Shown one piece after another: positions 43,523 through 53,075 of a DNA stretch of 64,000 nucleotides (within the stretch, counting starts at the first letter, position 1; every line of letters begins with the position of its first letter). Both the position numbers and the translations under genes were made by a program. The notes under the pieces are model-generated. The model had not been told where the DNA came from, searched no databases, and saw nothing but the letters and a program-made list of their open reading frames with translations. This DNA comes from Marispirochaeta sp. (GTDB taxonomy: Bacteria; Spirochaetota; Spirochaetia; JC444; Marispirochaetaceae), in NCBI GenBank assembly GCA_963676835.2, contig CAXXFF010000002.1:1824001-1888000 (forward strand), read 5' to 3'.

Positions 43523-44358
43523 TGAAATACTCCAGTACGCGAAAACGCAAAAATATTATCAAGTACGGACTGCTAACGGTTTTTGCACTAATTTTCATAT
43601 ATCCTGTCTGGCTGGTATTCATTAATTCCCTTAAGGCGGATTCAGCAATTTATACAAATCTTTTTGGTCTGCCGCGCAAGTTTCAATGGGTTAACTATAT
43701 CGATGCTTGGGTAAAAGGCAAGTTTTATCTCTATTATCTGAACAGTATAATAATTACATCCGCATCTGTTGGTTTTATATTGGCTTTCTCAACGCTTTCG
43801 GCTTTTGCTCTCAGCCGGCGGGACCTGATTGGGAAAAAAGTCATCAAGATTCTTTTTATTATCGGTATCACTGTGCCTGTACAGGTCAGTCTGATGCCTC
43901 TGTTCGTCCTGGTAAAAGATTTCGGGATGTACAATTCAATCTTGGGAGTTGTACTTATCTTTATTGCATTCAGGATTTCCTTCGCTACTTTCATCCTTTC
44001 CGGATTCTTTGAGGGAATTCCCCGGGAGCTTGAAGAGGCCGCCTTGATCGATGGTGCATCATCCTTTGTTCTGTTTACCAGGATTATTCTACCGTTAAGT
44101 AAATCCGCTATCTCTGCGGTGGCTATTTTCAATATAGTTTTTGTATGGAATAACTTCTGGTTTCCCCTGATTTTCCTGAGTTCCCAGTCAAAAAAACCAT
44201 TACCCGTCGGTCTCCTGGCTTTCATGGGTGAGGAGACTATGGCATTCGGCAAATTGTTTGCGGGAATCATGATTCTAACACTTCCGATTATTGTCGTCTA
44301 TCTGCTTTTACAGAAGCAGTTTGTTAAGGGAGTGACTGCCGGTGCCGTAAAAGGGTAA
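43522..44358 (+). CDS. Carbohydrate ABC permease
   Basis: IPRELEEAALIDGAS, QKQFVKGVTAGAVKG. Confidence 0.92.
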   Translation: MKYSSTRKRKNIIKYGLLTVFALIFIYPVWLVFINSLKADSAIYTNLFGLPRKFQWVNYIDAWVKGKFYLYYLNSIIITSASVGFILAFSTLSAFALSRRDLIGKKVIKILFIIGITVPVQVSLMPLFVLVKDFGMYNSILGVVLIFIAFRISFATFILSGFFEGIPRELEEAALIDGASSFVLFTRIILPLSKSAISAVAIFNIVFVWNNFWFPLIFLSSQSKKPLPVGLLAFMGEETMAFGKLFAGIMILTLPIIVVYLLLQKQFVKGVTAGAVKG

Positions 44359-44384
44359 TAGTGCATTGCAGATATGGAGAAACA

Positions 44385-45524
44385 ATGGGTGAAAAACTGA
44401 AAGTGCTTGTCCTTGGAACTGGTTTTGCAGGCCGGGGGCATGCCGAAGCGTTTAGAACAGCCTCCGCTGAAGTCGTGGGGATTGTCGGTAGAACAGAAAA
44501 AGTAGTGAAAGAAGTGGCCCGGGATATGCACATTCCCTACGCCGGAACGAATTGGCGCGAAGCCCTCCGGGAGTGTAATCCCGATGTAGTCTCAATCGCT
44601 ACACCGGGGGGCGCTCATTTTGAACCGATTATGGAGGCCCTGGATTTTGGTTGCCACGTATTTTGTGATAAGCCTCTGGCCGAAAGCGGAGAACGTGCTA
44701 AGGACCTTTATCGGAAGTCTGAGGATAAACAAGTAAAGACTGCTTATGCAGCCAGCTATCGGTATATGCCTGCCGTTATGTATGCCAAGAAGCTTATTGC
44801 CGATGGTGTCATCGGTGAACCGAGGGAAGCAGAAAGTATCTCTCATTTTAACCTGGATCCGAATATTCCCTTTGGCTGGTCCCACAGGATAGAGCATGGG
44901 GGAGGGCGATTAAACAACAATTTTACTCATCTGCTGTCAATCATGACCTATGTCCTCGGTGAGAAGATACAGGCCGTCTGTGGGGACGCCCGGAATGATA
45001 TGCCAAAGGCTCCGGTAGTGGAGGGGGTCCACAATTTTGCTGTACGTAGAGACTTTATCCCCAGCGATCTGGATGATCCAGCTTTGAAGTGGAAAAAAGC
45101 TGATGCCGAGTGGTCCTACACTGTAATGGCACGCATAGAAAGTGATTTCCCCGCGGCCCAACCGGTTTCGGTCTTATTTAAGCACGGAGGTCTGGTTCCC
45201 CGTTTTAGCGATGATCACCTGGTATTTTATGGCAGTAAGGGAGCTGTCTTTATAAAAGGGCATTATGGAAAGGGTCCGCTATATTTGTGGGAGAACGAGG
45301 GGAACTGGAAAGAGTTGGCACTTCCCGAAGGAATAATATCGTCCCTGCCCGCTATAGAGGACGATACCCAGAGAAACTGGACACATCTTGCGTGTGAATT
45401 TGTAAAGGATCTGGAGGGAAAAGCGGTAGAACCGTATCAGACATTCAAGGAAGGCAGTTTGTATCAGCAGATTATCGATCTGATCCGAAGAAATAATCGC
45501 TGGGTTGATGTACGCGAGCTGTAA
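44385..45524 (+). CDS. Gfo/Idh/MocA oxidoreductase
   Basis: LGTGFAG, IATPGGAH, HVFCDKP. Confidence 0.88.
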   Translation: MGEKLKVLVLGTGFAGRGHAEAFRTASAEVVGIVGRTEKVVKEVARDMHIPYAGTNWREALRECNPDVVSIATPGGAHFEPIMEALDFGCHVFCDKPLAESGERAKDLYRKSEDKQVKTAYAASYRYMPAVMYAKKLIADGVIGEPREAESISHFNLDPNIPFGWSHRIEHGGGRLNNNFTHLLSIMTYVLGEKIQAVCGDARNDMPKAPVVEGVHNFAVRRDFIPSDLDDPALKWKKADAEWSYTVMARIESDFPAAQPVSVLFKHGGLVPRFSDDHLVFYGSKGAVFIKGHYGKGPLYLWENEGNWKELALPEGIISSLPAIEDDTQRNWTHLACEFVKDLEGKAVEPYQTFKEGSLYQQIIDLIRRNNRWVDVREL

Positions 45525-46096
45525 ATGAAACATGAACGTATTATGTTTTCAACAAAGTCTTGGAAAGAGCTACCACTTATAAAGGTTGCGGATCTTGGTG
45601 TGGATGGAGTGGGATTGCTGGAATATCTATTCTGCATCTCATTGTCCCGGTCTATATGTCAGTAGGGCTCTGGTTTGCAGGAGAAGGTTTTTGTGAAGAA
45701 ATTCTTTCAATGAAAAAAGACCTTGAGAGTAACGACGTAAGTGTTGGATTTAAGAATCATTATGACCATTATCTCGGTAATGTCCTGCAAATATGGTATC
45801 AAATATACGGTATATACCCTATCAATAGATACTGTGCTGACCTTGTCTTGTACAGTCTGTATGAATTTTCGAGACGTTGTGTCTCGCATGAGTAAGAAGA
45901 AAATCCTCTCTATTAATGGAAGCGTTATAGATAATTATCTTTATATTGAATTAGGTTTGGTTAGATTGCAAGGTAATCATATAAGATTTTCTGATTTCTC
46001 ACGAATTAAAACAGATATTGCTCATTTGTGAGTTATCAGGGGATTAATCAGAAAAGAAGAATTATATGTATAAGGTTTTCTTATAAAGGAGTGGAT

Positions 46097-46840
46097 TTGG
46101 ATAAGAGAGTTTTATTGATAACAGGCGCGACAAAAGGAATGGGTTTTGCTGCGGCGCTTAAGTTTGGTGAGAACGGGTATGTTGTTGCACTCAGTGATAA
46201 TAGCAAAAAAGATGGTAACGCCGCGATCAGAAAATTGAGAGATAAAGGAATCGAAGCTACATTCTATCAAGCTGATGTGGCCGATGAAAAAGACGTCGGT
46301 TTGCTGGTTGGTCAGGTTGGCGAAGATTATGGAAAGATCGATGTCCTTATTAATAACGCCACTGTTTTGGGAGAGAAAGTATCCATCGAAAAAATGTCAT
46401 CTGAGTTATATAAAAAGGTTATTGGGCGTAATCTTGGAAGTGTTTTTTATTGCTCCCGTGCTGCAATTCCCTATCTTAAGTTGAGCGGGGTGGGGGTAGT
46501 TATCAATTTGATTCCCTTTTCGAGTAAGCAGGTAGCTGACACAGGCTTTGGATTATATGAGGTGACAAAAGCGGGGGTGCTGGCATTTACCCGGGTTTTA
46601 GCAAAGGAGCTTGTCTCTACTGGTATAAGGGTTAATGCCATCTCTCTATGCACCAATGAGACTGGTTTTAATGGCCAAGGTGATCCATCGCTTATGGATG
46701 AATGGCGGAGTGGACTCTCTGTCGACGGTTCAGAAAAGAATGAAGTAGTTGCGGATTTTGCCTGCTTTCTATCTTCCGATGACTATTCTTATATCGTCGG
46801 GGAAGTAATTGAGATAAATGAAGGGCAAATGTATCTATAG
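46097..46840 (+). CDS. Divergent SDR oxidoreductase (possibly decaying)
   Basis: TGATKGMG and YEVTK retained; NNAG, NxSS and PG motifs altered. Confidence 0.75.
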   Translation: MDKRVLLITGATKGMGFAAALKFGENGYVVALSDNSKKDGNAAIRKLRDKGIEATFYQADVADEKDVGLLVGQVGEDYGKIDVLINNATVLGEKVSIEKMSSELYKKVIGRNLGSVFYCSRAAIPYLKLSGVGVVINLIPFSSKQVADTGFGLYEVTKAGVLAFTRVLAKELVSTGIRVNAISLCTNETGFNGQGDPSLMDEWRSGLSVDGSEKNEVVADFACFLSSDDYSYIVGEVIEINEGQMYL

Positions 46841-46846
46841 GAGGAA

Positions 46847-47176
46847 ATGATGGTTGTTAATTGTAAGGAAGTCAATTGGGAAGATCTGGGTAGCGGAATT
46901 AAACGCAGGATACTGGCTTCAAAAGGAAAAATGATGAGTGTGGAAGTATCTTTTTCTAAAGGAACGGTGGCCGCTGTTCATGCACATCCCCATGAGCAGA
47001 TTGGGTATATACTCTCTGGGCGTTTTGATTTTGAGATGGACGGTAAAAAGTATGAACTTTCCATAGGGGATTCCTACTACGCCCCTCCCGGAGTTCCACA
47101 TGGGGCGGTTGCTTTGGAGGAGGGGTCAAGAATCCTGGATATATTTACTCCACAGCGGGAAGATTTTCTTACATAA
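46847..47176 (+). CDS. kdgF: Cupin, KdgF-like
   Basis: WEDLGSGIKRRIL, HAHPHEQ, GDSYY.PP...HG, LDIFTPQREDF. Confidence 0.82.
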   Translation: MMVVNCKEVNWEDLGSGIKRRILASKGKMMSVEVSFSKGTVAAVHAHPHEQIGYILSGRFDFEMDGKKYELSIGDSYYAPPGVPHGAVALEEGSRILDIFTPQREDFLT

Positions 47177-47240
47177 GCTTTATTTTGATAGAGGAGGCGG
47201 GCAGCCTCCCGATGTTATTCATGTTACCCCCCCCCTTGTA

Positions 47241-47295
47241 TTGACGGTCAGTGATCCACAAAGTACTATATTAATTGGATCCAGGATCCAATTAA
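47241..47295 (+). promoter_or_regulatory. Sigma70 promoter with perfect palindromic operator
   Basis: TTGACG(47241)-N17-TACTAT(47264); TTAATTGGATCC-A-GGATCCAATTAA 47271-47295. Confidence 0.75.
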
Positions 47296-47305
47296 GGGGG
47301 GGGGG

Positions 47306-48338
47306 ATGGAATATTATGATAGAGTGTACAAAATTGCCGTGATAGCGGGAGACGGCATAGGTCTTGAAGTAGTACCCGAAGGCGTTCGTGTCCTGACGGA
47401 AGCAGCCAGAAAATTCAAATTTACGCTGCAGTGGAAGGAGTTTGAATGGGGATGTGCGTATTATAAGCAACATGGGTGCATGATGCCTAAAGACGGATTC
47501 GAGCAACTGCGAGAATTCGATGCAATCTTTCTGGGAGCTGTTGATACCTTTGCGGAGGGTTTTTCAGCAGTATGCTAATGTACGTCCTGTCCGCATGTTT
47601 GAGGGATTAAAATCTCCCTTAAAAAACGCTACGCCAGAACAGATTGATTACGTAATAGTGCGGGAGAACAACGAAGGCGAGTACTCAGACTCAGGTGGAA
47701 GGTTGTATGAAGGAACCGAGGATGAACTGGTTATACAGGAATCGATTTTTACGCGGCGGGGTGTCGACAGGATCATCCGCTATGCCTTTGAGCTGGCCAA
47801 GCATCGGCAGGCAAAAAAGGTGACATCAGCAACAAAATCAAACGGAATAATTCACACCATGCCATTTTGGGATGAGAGGTTTAAAGTAGTCAGTAGTGAA
47901 TATCCGGACATTGCTACTGATCAATACCATATTGACATTTTAACTGCACACTTTGTACTGCATCCGGAATGGTTTGATGTAGTAGTTGGGAGTAACCTGT
48001 TTGGTGATATTCTTTCTGATCTTGGGCCTACCACCACTGGATCAATAGGTATTGCTCCATCAGGAAACATCAATCCCGATAGAAAGTATCCATCCATGTT
48101 TGAACCTGTTCATGGGTCTGCGCCTGATATTGCAGGGAAGAACATTGCTAATCCGATTGCTCAAATATGGTCTGGTGCAATGATGCTTGATCACCTGGGA
48201 GAACATGAAGCATCACAATCCATTGTGGCGGCTATTGAGAAGGTAATAAGGGAGGGGGCGAGTACTACCGAGGACATAGGCGGTAGTGCGAGTACGCAGG
48301 AGTGTGGTGAAGCTGTCTGCAGCGCTCTCTCTTTATGA
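47306..48338 (+). pseudogene. Tartrate dehydrogenase/D-malate decarboxylase, frameshifted by internal deletion
   Basis: N-part (IAGDGIGLEV..FLGAV) and C-part (RENNEGEYS, ATKSNG, FEPVHGSAPDI) are in different frames, with the junction at ~47532-47542. Confidence 0.88.
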
Positions 48339-48452
48339 AAAAGTGCTCGCCTGATTGTTTAGGATGTTCTAAATGAGGTGTTCCCTCAACATTTATGAAG
48401 GATGTGCCATATATATTAATTTATCATATTTGGATAATATCTTGCTAGGGAA

Positions 48453-49106
48453 ATGTGGACGTTGAAGCAGATTAAAGTACTACCGGTAAGAGAGCGCGTA
48501 GCCTCGGAATTGCGTAATGCGATATTTTCCGGCAAATTTACACCTGGCGAGGAACTGCGGCAGGATGCGTTGGCAAAAATGCTGGGGGTTTCACGTATGC
48601 CGATTCGTGAAGCGCTTCAGATTTTGTCCGGCGAAGGTCTTATTAAATTAAGGGCAAACCGTGGTGCTGTTGTACAGGAAGTTTCTGACCAATACATTCG
48701 TGAGCACTTCGAGCTTCGAATGATACTGGAATGCGAAGCTGTCGCACGAGCGTGTACATACATTGACGATATTTCGGAATTAGCACACATACACGAATCC
48801 CAGAAAAAAGCCATTGAAGTGATGGATATGCATGAGACGAATCTTTGCAATCAAGCGTTTCATATGGCAATCTGGGATGGTGCTCGCAACTCAAAGATCA
48901 AAGCTGTTTTGGAGCAACTCTGGAACGGCCTATTTATCGGGAGAGTAATACAGCCGGCAATACATGCTGGCAAGTCCTTTGAAGAGCATGGTTTGATTAC
49001 CGCAGCTATCGAAGAAAAACAGCCGGAGTTAGCCAGGAGCTTAATGAAGCAGCATATTGAACGCAGCATGGAAAATATGCTCATGCATACATCCGATAAT
49101 TCATGA
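48453..49106 (+). CDS. GntR/FCD transcription regulator
   Basis: GVSRMPIREAL; NQAFH; EEH. Confidence 0.92.
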   Translation: MWTLKQIKVLPVRERVASELRNAIFSGKFTPGEELRQDALAKMLGVSRMPIREALQILSGEGLIKLRANRGAVVQEVSDQYIREHFELRMILECEAVARACTYIDDISELAHIHESQKKAIEVMDMHETNLCNQAFHMAIWDGARNSKIKAVLEQLWNGLFIGRVIQPAIHAGKSFEEHGLITAAIEEKQPELARSLMKQHIERSMENMLMHTSDNS

Positions 49107-49127
49107 AAAGTTCTCGAGCGATTCAAT

Positions 49128-49983
49128 TTATTTGAATACAGTCCTATCCAAATAATGAGCCCATATGGTTTCAAACCACGATTCTTCCTGTGGAATTTCT
49201 CGCGTCGGTATCCATTGGCACTTTATGGTTCCTGACTGTGGATTCCATCGAATGTGCTGTACTTTTTGCCGCAATGCAGTGTTCTCTGGAATAATTCGCC
49301 AATCAGAAAGTAGGGGATGGATTTGTCTGCCTTCTTCGTTATTGTTGCTGGCAACGAGCGATGAGGCACGGCTGCCTCCACCCTTGTGTAAATAATCTGA
49401 AATTGCTTCTAAGTACATTCTGTGGCCAAAGACCATATGGCGCAGTTTTAGTGCATTGGGCAATCGCCATGGATCCACTTTCAAGCCGGAAAAACGCTTC
49501 TGCTGATCCACGGCTTCCGATATTGCCATATTGATTTCAGTTGAATTACGAATTGCTGCAGCTTGTTTGCTCATGCGGACCTGAAACTCCCGTTTGTATT
49601 CTCTGTCGCAATCAGGGATGGGCGGTTTTCCGGTGAGTGTATCGATAATGGATAAAATCTCTGATAGTGTATCTTTGCCGCTGCTTTGTGCTGAATCCAA
49701 GTCCAATGTTTTCTTCTGGTAACCGAATGCGATTTTTTGAGCAGCCCGGAAAGCTCCTACCTGGCCGGAATTAAGCGCTGTTCCGCCCGGACGGGCTGCG
49801 CCATGGCTCCCATTGACTTCTCCAACTGGGAATAGGTGGTGGATATTAACCGATTCCCACCAAATATCTGCAGCAAGCCCTCCATTGTTATGCTGTGCTG
49901 AAACGGCGATCTGCAGCGGCTCTGTATAGAGATCAATATTGTGATCCTTGTATAACTGTATTGCAGCAGGATTCAGCTGCTTA
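49128..49983 (-). pseudogene. 3' remnant of FAD-dependent oxidoreductase (SdhA/FrdA-like flavoprotein family) truncated by IS21
   Basis: QHNNGGL..LFPVGEVNGSHG..RPGG.ALNSGQVG; 5' part replaced by the IS end. Confidence 0.8.
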
Positions 49984-50181
49984 TGTGTACACCGGCCGAA
50001 AACGGACACCCATTCCGGAGGAAAGCGGACAGTGATTCCGGGCAAAAACGGACACCTGTTCCGGCCGAAAACGGACAGTTTTTCCGGAGCGCCGGAATTG
50101 CTTTAACCTGAAATAAGAAATCCTCGATTAACACGAGCACTCTCGTCACAATAGCAAAACTACTATTTGACGGAGTACAGA

Positions 50182-51729
50182 ATGTCGAGAGCGAGGATTC
50201 ATGTGAAACACATGCGTAAACTGCTTGCGCTCACGTACGAGAGCAAGCTGGGACTTCGGGATGTATCCCAACTGACCGGAGTATCTAAAACCACAGTCAG
50301 CGAATATCTGGTGCGATTCCGCCGCACCGGGATCAGCTATGCAGCAAGCCAAAAGCTTACCGATGAGCAGCTGCTTGGCCTGTTCGAAGAGAAAAAGCAG
50401 GAAGAAAGTGAGCAGTATACACAACTAACGACACTGTTCCCCGAGTACGCCAAACGGCTGAAACAGCGGGGGATGACGAAGCAGTTCCTATGGAAGGAAT
50501 ACCGTAGAAAGTATCCAAACGGATATAGATACAGTCAGTTCTGTCACCACTTTACGGTGTTTCTGGACTGCGGTGAGGTGACGATGCGTCAGCCCCACGA
50601 GCCTGGAGATATGGCATATCTCGACTATGCCGGAGAAACGTTCCCTTACTATCCTGATGGAGATGAGCAGCGGGCACAAATATTCGTTGCGGTACTCGGA
50701 GCAAGTCAGCTGGCCTATGTTGAAGCAAGTGAGAGCCAGAAACAAGAGGCCTTTGTCCGCTCCACAGAACGGGCTCTGAGGTACTTCGGCGGGGTTCCGC
50801 GAGCTCTCGTCCCGGATAACCTGAAGGCGGCCGTGCTCAGTGCGAGTAAATATGAGCCGGAGCTTAATCCGTTGTTCGATGATTTTGCCGATTACTACCG
50901 GACGACGATAATCCCCGCCAGGGCCTATAAACCGAAAGACAAATCCCTGGCGGAGAATGCCGTCAAGTTAACCTATCAGCGGATATTCGCCCCGCTGTAC
51001 GGCAAGAGGTTCCATTCGTTGGCTGAGCTCAACCAGGCCATCGCAGAACTTCTTGAAGAACACAATACCCGGAAACTGACAAAGCTGCAAATCTCACGGC
51101 GTCAGTTGTTTGAAGAGATCGAACGGTCTGCGCTGAAGACGCTGCCGGGCGAACCGTATCCAATGAAATACTTCGAAACTCACAAGGTTGCACCGGACTA
51201 TCACTTTATCCTGTCAAAAGATAAGCACTACTACTCTGTTCCCTGGCAGCTGAAGGGAGAACAGGTCAAAGTGATCTTTGATGAGCGAATTATAGCGGTA
51301 TATCACAAGAATGTACGCGTAGCCCAGCACCGCCGGAGCAGAAAGAAAGGACAATACTCCACACAGTCCGCACACATGCCCAGGCACCATCAGTTTGTTG
51401 AATCATGGTCGGCGGAGAAGTTTACCACCTGGGCTCAGTCGATTGGAGAAGAGACGTTCCTGGTGATTTCACATCTATTAAACAGCAAGCCACATGAGCA
51501 GCAGGCGTACAAATCCTGCCTTGGTGTGCTGAACCTGGCAAAGGATGCCGGATCACACCGGCTGAACTGGGCCTGCCGACGTGCGTTGAACTACTCGAGA
51601 ATCAGTTATCGGGATGTTCGTGCATATCTGGATGAAATCATGCGACAAGAAAAGGATGAACAGCAGAACAAACAGGTGTTTCTCTTCGCCGATCACAAGA
51701 ACCTGCGGGATTCTGCAATCTACAAATGA
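50182..51729 (+). CDS. istA: IS21 transposase
   Basis: LDYAG, VPDNLKAAV, PKDKSLAE, HYYSVP. Confidence 0.95.
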   Translation: MSRARIHVKHMRKLLALTYESKLGLRDVSQLTGVSKTTVSEYLVRFRRTGISYAASQKLTDEQLLGLFEEKKQEESEQYTQLTTLFPEYAKRLKQRGMTKQFLWKEYRRKYPNGYRYSQFCHHFTVFLDCGEVTMRQPHEPGDMAYLDYAGETFPYYPDGDEQRAQIFVAVLGASQLAYVEASESQKQEAFVRSTERALRYFGGVPRALVPDNLKAAVLSASKYEPELNPLFDDFADYYRTTIIPARAYKPKDKSLAENAVKLTYQRIFAPLYGKRFHSLAELNQAIAELLEEHNTRKLTKLQISRRQLFEEIERSALKTLPGEPYPMKYFETHKVAPDYHFILSKDKHYYSVPWQLKGEQVKVIFDERIIAVYHKNVRVAQHRRSRKKGQYSTQSAHMPRHHQFVESWSAEKFTTWAQSIGEETFLVISHLLNSKPHEQQAYKSCLGVLNLAKDAGSHRLNWACRRALNYSRISYRDVRAYLDEIMRQEKDEQQNKQVFLFADHKNLRDSAIYK

Positions 51730-51737
51730 GGTAACCG

Positions 51738-52478
51738 ATGAATAATAATCAGGCGACAATCAACAAGATGACCGAGATGCGTCTCCACGGAATGGTACAG
51801 GCCTTCCGTACACTGCAGGAGACCGGACGCCATATGGATCTTACAACCGATGAGGTTATCAGCTACCTTGTCGACTCAGAATGGGATGAGAAACACAATC
51901 GCCGACTGGCGCGCCTTGCCAATGCGGCCCGTTTCCGCTATAAGGCAGCGATTGAAGATATCGACTATACCTTCGACCGGAATCTGGACAAAAACCAGAT
52001 CTTAAGACTTGCAGCCTGCTCCTGGATATCCCGGGGGCAGGACCTGCTCATCACGGGTCCGACCGGAGGAGGAAAAAGTTTTCTTGGATCGGCTTTCGGA
52101 CATCAGGCATGTCAGTATGGGTATACCGTCGCTTACTTTTCCACAACGCGTTTATTCAATGAAATAGCGGCGGCAAGGGATGATGGAACCTACCTGAAGC
52201 ACTTGTCACGCATAATGAAAAACAAGCTGGTCATTATCGATGACTTCGGTCTGGAACCGCTGGAGCATACTGCACGGATGGCATTTCTTGAAATCCTTGA
52301 AGATCGACACCGGAGAAAATCTACGATAGTGATCGCCCAACAGCCGGTAGAAAACTGGCACAGCATTATCGGTGACCCCACGATTGCCGATGCCATAATG
52401 GACCGTCTTGCCTTTCATTCTCATAGAATTGTAATAACCGGGGACTCGGTAAGGAGGAAACTCTATGCTGTAGATTGA
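51738..52478 (+). CDS. istB: IS21 helper ATPase
   Basis: GPTGGGKS, IIDDFG, ADAIMDRL, GDSVR. Confidence 0.95.
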   Translation: MNNNQATINKMTEMRLHGMVQAFRTLQETGRHMDLTTDEVISYLVDSEWDEKHNRRLARLANAARFRYKAAIEDIDYTFDRNLDKNQILRLAACSWISRGQDLLITGPTGGGKSFLGSAFGHQACQYGYTVAYFSTTRLFNEIAAARDDGTYLKHLSRIMKNKLVIIDDFGLEPLEHTARMAFLEILEDRHRRKSTIVIAQQPVENWHSIIGDPTIADAIMDRLAFHSHRIVITGDSVRRKLYAVD

Positions 52479-52602
52479 CGCAAAACGGACACCTGATCAT
52501 ACTGAAGACGAGGATTTACTTCCTTCAGGCAGCTGTCCGTTTTCCGCCGGAATCACTGTCCGAAATCATCGGAATACACATAACTGTAAACTAATGTCCT
52601 GA

Positions 52603-52685
52603 CTTGAAAAAAGCCCCAATCTTTTGAATGGAACAAAAACTGAAGCCGAAGGGCTGGGCCAGCGGTTTGCAAAGCAACACCGCGA
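52603..52685. repeat. Structured repeat, partial copy B
   Basis: Matches 29218-29305. Confidence 0.85.
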
Positions 52686-53004
52686 ACCAAGTCAGCGGCA
52701 GGATGGCGCGAAGCTGAGCAGTCCATGGATGGACAAAAGCGAAGCCGGGCGGCAAACCTTAAGGCAATAATTATATTCATCCCTTTTCCATTGCTTTCCA
52801 CGACCGCACTACATAGACCGATCGACTGCTCCGCTGATGCAGATGATTGAAATTCCAATAACATAACATTATTTGACTGGATACGGTTTATCAGGTTTTA
52901 AAAATGTTCCAAAAATCTACATGTAATCCGGCAGATTCTAAAAAAATTGGAAGAGAGAATGCAATTCTTCTCGGGGTAGGTGTAGCTTGACCATAAATTG
53001 TAGA

Positions 53005-53023
53005 TTGTATACATTGTGTCGAC
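53005..53023 (+). promoter_or_regulatory. Candidate GntR/FCD operator
   Basis: Adjacent palindromes TGTATACA and TGTCGACA upstream of the enolase-family gene. Confidence 0.5.
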
Positions 53024-53075
53024 ATGTAGTAGTGATAGAATTGGTAAATGAAGAATCGTGCAGAAGGAGATAATC

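Larger units (their letters stand above)
49984..52580 (+). mobile_element. IS21 family insertion sequence
   Basis: TGTGTA...TACACA termini, multiple ~22-bp CCGG..AAAACGGACA subterminal repeats, istA+istB. Confidence 0.93.

Noticed and set aside
45560..46031. Short ORFs in the AT-rich gap
   Set aside because: No RBS or motif support; likely decayed or non-coding DNA.
49984..50045. N-terminus of the 305-aa ORF as a real start
   Set aside because: These codons lie inside the IS21 left end; the gene is a truncated remnant.
49984..50100. Four ~22-bp tandem repeats resembling a mini-CRISPR
   Set aside because: No unique spacers and no cas genes; mirrored at the other IS end, as is typical of IS21 transposase-binding repeats.
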